A stretch of 39,637 nucleotides of DNA. It comes from Bacilli bacterium (lineage in GTDB: Bacteria > Bacillota_I > Bacilli_A > RF39 > UBA660). Below the pieces are notes generated by a model. The model was not told where the DNA came from and searched no databases. It worked only from the letters and a program-made list of their open reading frames with translations. The stretch spans positions 1-39,637 of the forward strand of contig JAZUBJ010000054.1 of the NCBI GenBank assembly GCA_045638445.1. The letters run 5' to 3'. Positions 34,779 to 39,637 of this stretch are shown one piece after another; the stretch's first letter is position 1; the number at the start of each line of letters is the position of its first letter. The position numbers were made by a program, and so were the translations under genes.

Positions 34779-34802
34779 AAACATGTACTATACATGTTTT
34801 TT
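34779..34802 (+). terminator. Rho-independent terminator of module 2
   Basis: aaacatgta-cta-tacatgttt followed by Ts. Confidence 0.75.
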
Positions 34803-34811
34803 ATTTGAAAA

Positions 34812-34841
34812 TTGGACAAATACGTGTAAACTTGATACAAT
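34812..34841 (+). promoter_or_regulatory. Probable promoter of the alr operon
   Basis: TTGGAC, 18-nt spacer, (TGa)TACAAT. Confidence 0.45.
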
Positions 34842-34856
34842 TAACATGGTGATATT

Positions 34857-36059
34857 ATGTATAGAAAAACGAGAATTGAAGTTAATTTAGATAATATTAG
34901 TTATAATGTAAAAAATATAGTAGAAAAATTTAGTGAATATCAATACCACATAGCCATGGTAAAAGCAAATGCTTATGGACATGGAATGTATGTAATAAAT
35001 GAAATGATAAAATCTGGTATTAATTATTTTGCAGTTTCCTCATTAGAAGAAGCAATGCAAATAAGAAGATACAATAAAGAAATACCAGTACTTTGCACAG
35101 AAATAATAGATTTAGATTGTATTGACGTAGCAATTAATAATAATATTACACTTACTATACATGATTATGATTATATCGAACAAATTTCTAAATTAAAAAA
35201 AGAAGTAATAATACATATAAAAATAGATACAGGTATGCATAGAATAGGAGTATCTACTAAAAAAGAATTTAATCAAATAGTAGAATTAATTAAAAAGAAC
35301 AAAAATATTAAATTAGAAGGACTTTATACTCACTTTGCAACACCTGGAGTAACAGATAAATTTTATGATAATCAAATTAAAGAATTTAAAAATATTACTA
35401 AAGATATAGATTTAAAAGAAATTCCAATTATTCATATGAGTAGTAGTTTTATAAGTTTATCACATCCAAAGATTGAATTTTGTAATGCTATAAGAATTGG
35501 AACTATACTTTATGGATACGATATATCACTTAAATCAATGAATAATAGTCCAAAAAATATGCTTAAAAAAGCAAGGAATAAATATTTAATTAAAAAGAAT
35601 AATATTAGTGAATGTATATATGATAATAAAATAGAATTAAAAAAATGTTTTGAATTAAAAACTAATATTATGCAAATAAAAAAACTAAAAAAGGGTGATA
35701 AAGTAGGATACGGTATACTTTATACAGCACCACATGATACATATATAGCAACTATTCCAATTGGATATGATGATGGAATAGGAACAAATCACGAAGGAAG
35801 ACAAGTATCAATTAATAACAAAAAATATAATGTTGTTGGTGAAATATCAATGTGTATGATGAATATAGAAGTAGACTCGACTGTTAAATTAACAGATGAA
35901 GTTACAATAGTAGGAGATGGTTTAACTATTTATAATATAGCATCTTCATCAAATACAACATTTCATAATACTCTAGTAAATTTAGGAAAAACATTACCAA
36001 GAGTTTATAAGAAAAACAACAAAATTGTACACGAAGAAAATTTCTATAAGGAGGCCTAA
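34857..36059 (+). CDS. alr: Alanine racemase
   Basis: PLP-lysine motif AMVKANAYGHG, plus THFA, KVGYGILYTA, IPIGYDDG. GGTGA SD. Confidence 0.85.
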   Translation: MYRKTRIEVNLDNISYNVKNIVEKFSEYQYHIAMVKANAYGHGMYVINEMIKSGINYFAVSSLEEAMQIRRYNKEIPVLCTEIIDLDCIDVAINNNITLTIHDYDYIEQISKLKKEVIIHIKIDTGMHRIGVSTKKEFNQIVELIKKNKNIKLEGLYTHFATPGVTDKFYDNQIKEFKNITKDIDLKEIPIIHMSSSFISLSHPKIEFCNAIRIGTILYGYDISLKSMNNSPKNMLKKARNKYLIKKNNISECIYDNKIELKKCFELKTNIMQIKKLKKGDKVGYGILYTAPHDTYIATIPIGYDDGIGTNHEGRQVSINNKKYNVVGEISMCMMNIEVDSTVKLTDEVTIVGDGLTIYNIASSSNTTFHNTLVNLGKTLPRVYKKNNKIVHEENFYKEA

Positions 36060-36062
36060 CAA

Positions 36063-37082
36063 ATGGGTGTAAGTAAAATGATGATAGCAAAAGTAAAAGC
36101 TATCGATACAGAAAAATTAAATAAACTAGCAAGCGAAATCGGACAAAGAAATAATAAAAGTAAAACATATGTTAAACTTGATATGATTTATAATTTCCTA
36201 AGATATGGAATTGGTTATACTGATTATCTAAAAGGAGACTATATAAATCTAACAGCTAAACAAAAGAAAACATTTCTTACAACAAAATCTTATTACAAAT
36301 TATTAAAATATTTAAACAAAGAACAATATATTTCATGTATGAGTGATAAACTAGTCTTTAATAAAATATTTAAAGACTTCTTAAAAAGAGACTTTATCGA
36401 TTTAAGAACAACAACATTAGAAGAATTTAAATCATTTTTAAAAGGAAAAAAACATGTATTTGCAAAACCTCCTGTTAATTTTGGTGGTCATGGAATTGAA
36501 AAAATAAAAGTAAAAGATATTGAAGATGTTGAAAAATTATATAAATCACTTAAGAAAAAGAAATTAAATCTTATTGAAGAAGAAATAGTTCAACACAAAG
36601 AACTTAATAAACTAAATCCATATGCAGTGAATTCATTTAGAATTGTAACACTTGTAAAAGATGGTAAAGCACATATTATCGCAAATGCAATGAGAATTAA
36701 TTTAGATGATGCAATAGCTATAGGATGCTCAGATGCATACATGAGACTTGGAGAAGATGGTAAAATTACAAGTAGAGTAGTAGATGATATAGCAAACGTT
36801 TACGAAGAACATCCAATTGCAAAAATAAAATTTGATACTGTTAAAGTCCCATTTGTAAAAGAAGCATATGAAATGGCACTTGAAGCAGCACTTGTAGTAC
36901 CAGAAGTAAGATATGTAGGATGGGATATTGCAATTACTGATAATGGGCCTGTTATAATGGAAGGAAATGAATATCCAAGTTATGGTCTTGTACAATATTA
37001 TCTATTTAATGATGAACATGAAGGACATCTTGCAGCAATAGAAAAAATATTGGGAGATGAGATGAAAAATATAAAACTATGA
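36063..37082 (+). CDS. ATP-grasp family protein (not Ddl-like; resembles the sugar-transfer-associated ATP-grasp group)
   Basis: 339 aa. AGGAGG SD inside the alr 3' end. VFAKPPVNFGGHGIEKI, NLIEEEIVQH, NSFRIVTLV, VGWDIAITDNGPVIMEGNEYPSYG resemble ATP-grasp nucleotide-binding and catalytic strands. The subfamily assignment is from memory only. Confidence 0.6.
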   Translation: MGVSKMMIAKVKAIDTEKLNKLASEIGQRNNKSKTYVKLDMIYNFLRYGIGYTDYLKGDYINLTAKQKKTFLTTKSYYKLLKYLNKEQYISCMSDKLVFNKIFKDFLKRDFIDLRTTTLEEFKSFLKGKKHVFAKPPVNFGGHGIEKIKVKDIEDVEKLYKSLKKKKLNLIEEEIVQHKELNKLNPYAVNSFRIVTLVKDGKAHIIANAMRINLDDAIAIGCSDAYMRLGEDGKITSRVVDDIANVYEEHPIAKIKFDTVKVPFVKEAYEMALEAALVVPEVRYVGWDIAITDNGPVIMEGNEYPSYGLVQYYLFNDEHEGHLAAIEKILGDEMKNIKL

Positions 37083-38713
37083 AAAAAAAGGGATTAAAGA
37101 AAAATACATTTATTCAAGGAACACTAATTGCTTCAATATCAATGATATTTATAAAAGTAATAGGAGCAATTTATGTAGTTCCCTTTTATGCAATAATAGG
37201 TGAATCTGGTGGAACACTTTATAGTTACGCATATAGTATTTATAATTTATTTTTAAATATAAGTACAGCAGGTGTTCCAATTGCGATGAGTATGATCATA
37301 AGCGAATACTTAACATTAAATATGTATGATGCAAAAGAAAGAGCATACAAAATAGGTAAAAAAATGATATTTGCTCTATCATTTATAGCATTTATTATCG
37401 TATTTTTAGGATCTAGTTTACTCGCAAAATTTATTTTATCTGATGTAACAGGAGGACACACAATAAAAGAAGTTTCTCTTGTTATAAAAGCAATAGCGCC
37501 ATGTTTACTTATAATACCATTCTTAAGTGTATTAAGAGGTTATATGCAAGGACACAAATTTATAAGCCCAACATCATTTGCTCAAGTAATTGAACAAGTA
37601 GTAAGAATACTAATTGTAATATTTGGAGCGTTAATTGCAAAACAATTCTTCAGTGAAATTTCTCCAGTAGTAGCAATCGCACTGACAGGAACCTTCTTCG
37701 GAGGATTAATATCATACTTATATTTAAGAAAGAAAGTAAAAGATAATAAAAAAGAATTTCCATTATCCGAAAAAAGAGATGGTGTAAAAGATAAAACAAT
37801 TGCAAAAAAAATACTAGCTTATTGTTTACCAATCGTATTAATTTCAATTACAGATAATATATATACTTTAGTAGATATTAAATTGATAATAAAAGGATTA
37901 AACATGATAGGGTATGACGCAATGAGTGCAGAAATTATAAGTGGAGTTGTATCAACTTGGGCACCAAAAATTTGTTCAATAATCATGACAATTTCACTAG
38001 CACTAACAACAAATATTATTCCTCACGTAACATCAAATTTTATAAAAAAAGATTACAAAGGAGTTAATTATAGGGTAAATCAAGCAATGTCTACTATATT
38101 AATAATAACTGTACCTATGTCACTATTATTATTTATGTTGTCAAATGAAGCTTATTACTTATTTTATGGATCAAGTAACTACGGTTCTTTAATATTAAAA
38201 GCATCAGCTATAAGTCATACATTTTTAGGAATTTGGACAGTATTATCCTCATCCCTTCAAGGAATGCAAAAATTCAAAGTTATATATAAAAACTCATTTA
38301 TTGGAATAATTACAAACGCACTTTTAGATATACCTTTAATACTATTATTTAATAAAATTGGTGTTTCTCCATATATAGCAACAGTAGTAGCAACATCAAT
38401 TGGTTACACAACATCAATTATCTTATCATTAAGATACTTAAAGAAAACAATGAAGTTTGAATACGACAAAACATTCGATATATTGAAAAAAATCATATTA
38501 CCATGCATATGTATGATTTTACCAATAATAGTAGGTAAACAATTAATAACATATAATATAACAACACTAACTTCATTTATAACACTTGGTATATATGGAT
38601 TAATGGGTATGCTAATTTATTTATTCATGACATATAAAAATAATTCGTTACAAGAAGTATTAGGTGAAGACTTAATAAATAATGTATTAAAAAAACTACA
38701 TTTAAAAAAATAG
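37079..38713 (+). CDS. MOP-superfamily flippase (MurJ/YtgP/SpoVB-like)
   Basis: 544 aa, many hydrophobic helices. The N-terminus FIQGTLIASISMIFIKVIGAIYVVPFYAIIG is typical of this family. ATGA overlap with the ATP-grasp gene. Confidence 0.7.
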   Translation: MKKKGLKKNTFIQGTLIASISMIFIKVIGAIYVVPFYAIIGESGGTLYSYAYSIYNLFLNISTAGVPIAMSMIISEYLTLNMYDAKERAYKIGKKMIFALSFIAFIIVFLGSSLLAKFILSDVTGGHTIKEVSLVIKAIAPCLLIIPFLSVLRGYMQGHKFISPTSFAQVIEQVVRILIVIFGALIAKQFFSEISPVVAIALTGTFFGGLISYLYLRKKVKDNKKEFPLSEKRDGVKDKTIAKKILAYCLPIVLISITDNIYTLVDIKLIIKGLNMIGYDAMSAEIISGVVSTWAPKICSIIMTISLALTTNIIPHVTSNFIKKDYKGVNYRVNQAMSTILIITVPMSLLLFMLSNEAYYLFYGSSNYGSLILKASAISHTFLGIWTVLSSSLQGMQKFKVIYKNSFIGIITNALLDIPLILLFNKIGVSPYIATVVATSIGYTTSIILSLRYLKKTMKFEYDKTFDILKKIILPCICMILPIIVGKQLITYNITTLTSFITLGIYGLMGMLIYLFMTYKNNSLQEVLGEDLINNVLKKLHLKK

Positions 38714-38732
38714 ATGCTTAATGCATCTTTTT
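38712..38732 (+). terminator. Rho-independent terminator
   Basis: agatgc-ttaat-gcatct followed by Ts. An extended -10 (TGaTATAAT, 38748-38756) follows. Confidence 0.6.
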
Positions 38733-38776
38733 ATTTTATGAAAAAATTGATATAATTTTATGAGAGGAAGTGAAAC

Positions 38777-39301
38777 ATGATAGAGAATATAATACCAGAC
38801 ATTTACCAAAAAAGTATTTATTATATAAATTTTGATAAACTATACAAAAAAGGAATTCGTTGTATTATTTTTGATTTGGATAATACACTAACCCCAGCTC
38901 ATATAAACAAACCAACTAAAAGACAAAAAAGGTTAATAGATGAGTTAAGAGATAAAGGATTTAAAATAATAATTATGTCAAATGCTCCAAAACATAGAAT
39001 TGAACCATTTAAGTCATATTTAAATGTTGATGCATGTGCATTTTCTTTGAAACCAAGAAAAAACAAATATGAAAAAATAATGGAAAAATTTAAATATAAA
39101 CATACAGAAGTAGCAGCAATAGGTGATCAACTATTAACTGATATATACGGAGCAAACAAATTAGACTTAACAAGTATACTTGTAAATCCACTTACAGATA
39201 AAGATAGCAGTATAACATTTATAAATAGAGTAATCGAAAAATTTATATATGATTATTTAGATAAAAAAGAACTATTTACAAAGGGGAAATATTATGAATA
39301 A
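38777..39301 (+). CDS. yqeG: YqeG-family HAD-IIIA phosphatase
   Basis: HAD motif I IIFDLDNTL. Also IIMSNAP and IGDQLLTDI. yqeG-yqeH synteny. Confidence 0.8.
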   Translation: MIENIIPDIYQKSIYYINFDKLYKKGIRCIIFDLDNTLTPAHINKPTKRQKRLIDELRDKGFKIIIMSNAPKHRIEPFKSYLNVDACAFSLKPRKNKYEKIMEKFKYKHTEVAAIGDQLLTDIYGANKLDLTSILVNPLTDKDSSITFINRVIEKFIYDYLDKKELFTKGKYYE

Positions 39302-39637
39302 AAAATGTAATGGTTGTGGAAGTGTTCTTCAAACAGAAAAAATTGGAGAAGAAGGATTTGTAAAAGCTAGTGTTTATAACAAGTCAGAATACTGTGAAAG
39401 ATGTTTTAAAATTATACATTATGGTGAATACAGTGTACTAGATAAAAAAATAGATACAGAAGGTATTATAAATAATATAAATAGTGATAAAAACTCAAGT
39501 GTAGCATTTTTAGTAGATTCACTAAATATAAATGATAAAATCAAAAAATATATCAAAAAATTTAAAAATAACAAATATATTTTAATTACTAAAACACATG
39601 TACTTCCTAAAAGTTTAAAAGAAAAAAAGATAATTTC
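39294..39637 (+). CDS. yqeH: Ribosome biogenesis GTPase YqeH (N-terminal part; runs off the window)
   Basis: Not in the track (open-ended). My translation is MNKKCNGCGSVLQTEKIGEEGFVK..CERCFKIIHYGE. It has the N-terminal Zn-ribbon typical of YqeH. 8-nt overlap with yqeG. AGGGG SD. Confidence 0.8.
   Translation, partial: MNKKCNGCGSVLQTEKIGEEGFVKASVYNKSEYCERCFKIIHYGEYSVLDKKIDTEGIINNINSDKNSSVAFLVDSLNINDKIKKYIKKFKNNKYILITKTHVLPKSLKEKKII

Noticed and set aside
31089-34802. Paralog array considered as prophage, mobile-element or toxin-immunity cargo.
   Set aside because: There is no integrase, transposase, tRNA attachment site, flanking direct repeat or adjacent toxin-like gene in the window. The immunity-array idea cannot be excluded without homology searches, but nothing in the sequence supports it.

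Overview
This is a very AT-rich chromosomal segment of a low-GC Bacillota-type genome. Markers are PolC plus DnaE, SepF/DivIVA, a T-box leader and YqeG/YqeH. Several ATGA stop/start overlaps show that TGA is a stop, so the code is standard 11, not a Mycoplasma code. I call 31 CDS, 29 of them on the + strand. The backbone is housekeeping: partial SBP lipoprotein and yidD (- strand) | rnc-smc | sepF-divIVA | dnaE | secA plus a signal-peptidase-like membrane protein | arcC | Asp T-box leader-aspS-orf188-lysS | small membrane ORF-polC-yycJ-like MBL hydrolase | alr-ATP-grasp-MurJ-like flippase | yqeG-yqeH (partial). Three accessory insertions stand out. (i) 4686-7588 and (ii) 15697-21195 are two paralogous surface-protein cassettes, each a secreted Listeria/Bacteroides-type B-repeat protein followed by a TAGGAGG-coupled single-pass membrane protein; the second cassette encodes a 1640-aa protein with 13-14 tandem 240-bp repeats. 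(iii) 31089-34802 holds five tandem paralogs of a cytoplasmic protein family that I cannot assign to any named family. They form two operon modules with near-identical promoter/SD/terminator shells and an invariant C-terminal LxLK tail. This array is my best candidate for an undescribed system. I saw no rRNA/tRNA genes, CRISPR arrays, transposases or integrases. All calls rest on reading the sequence and on remembered family motifs; no database search or folding program was run.
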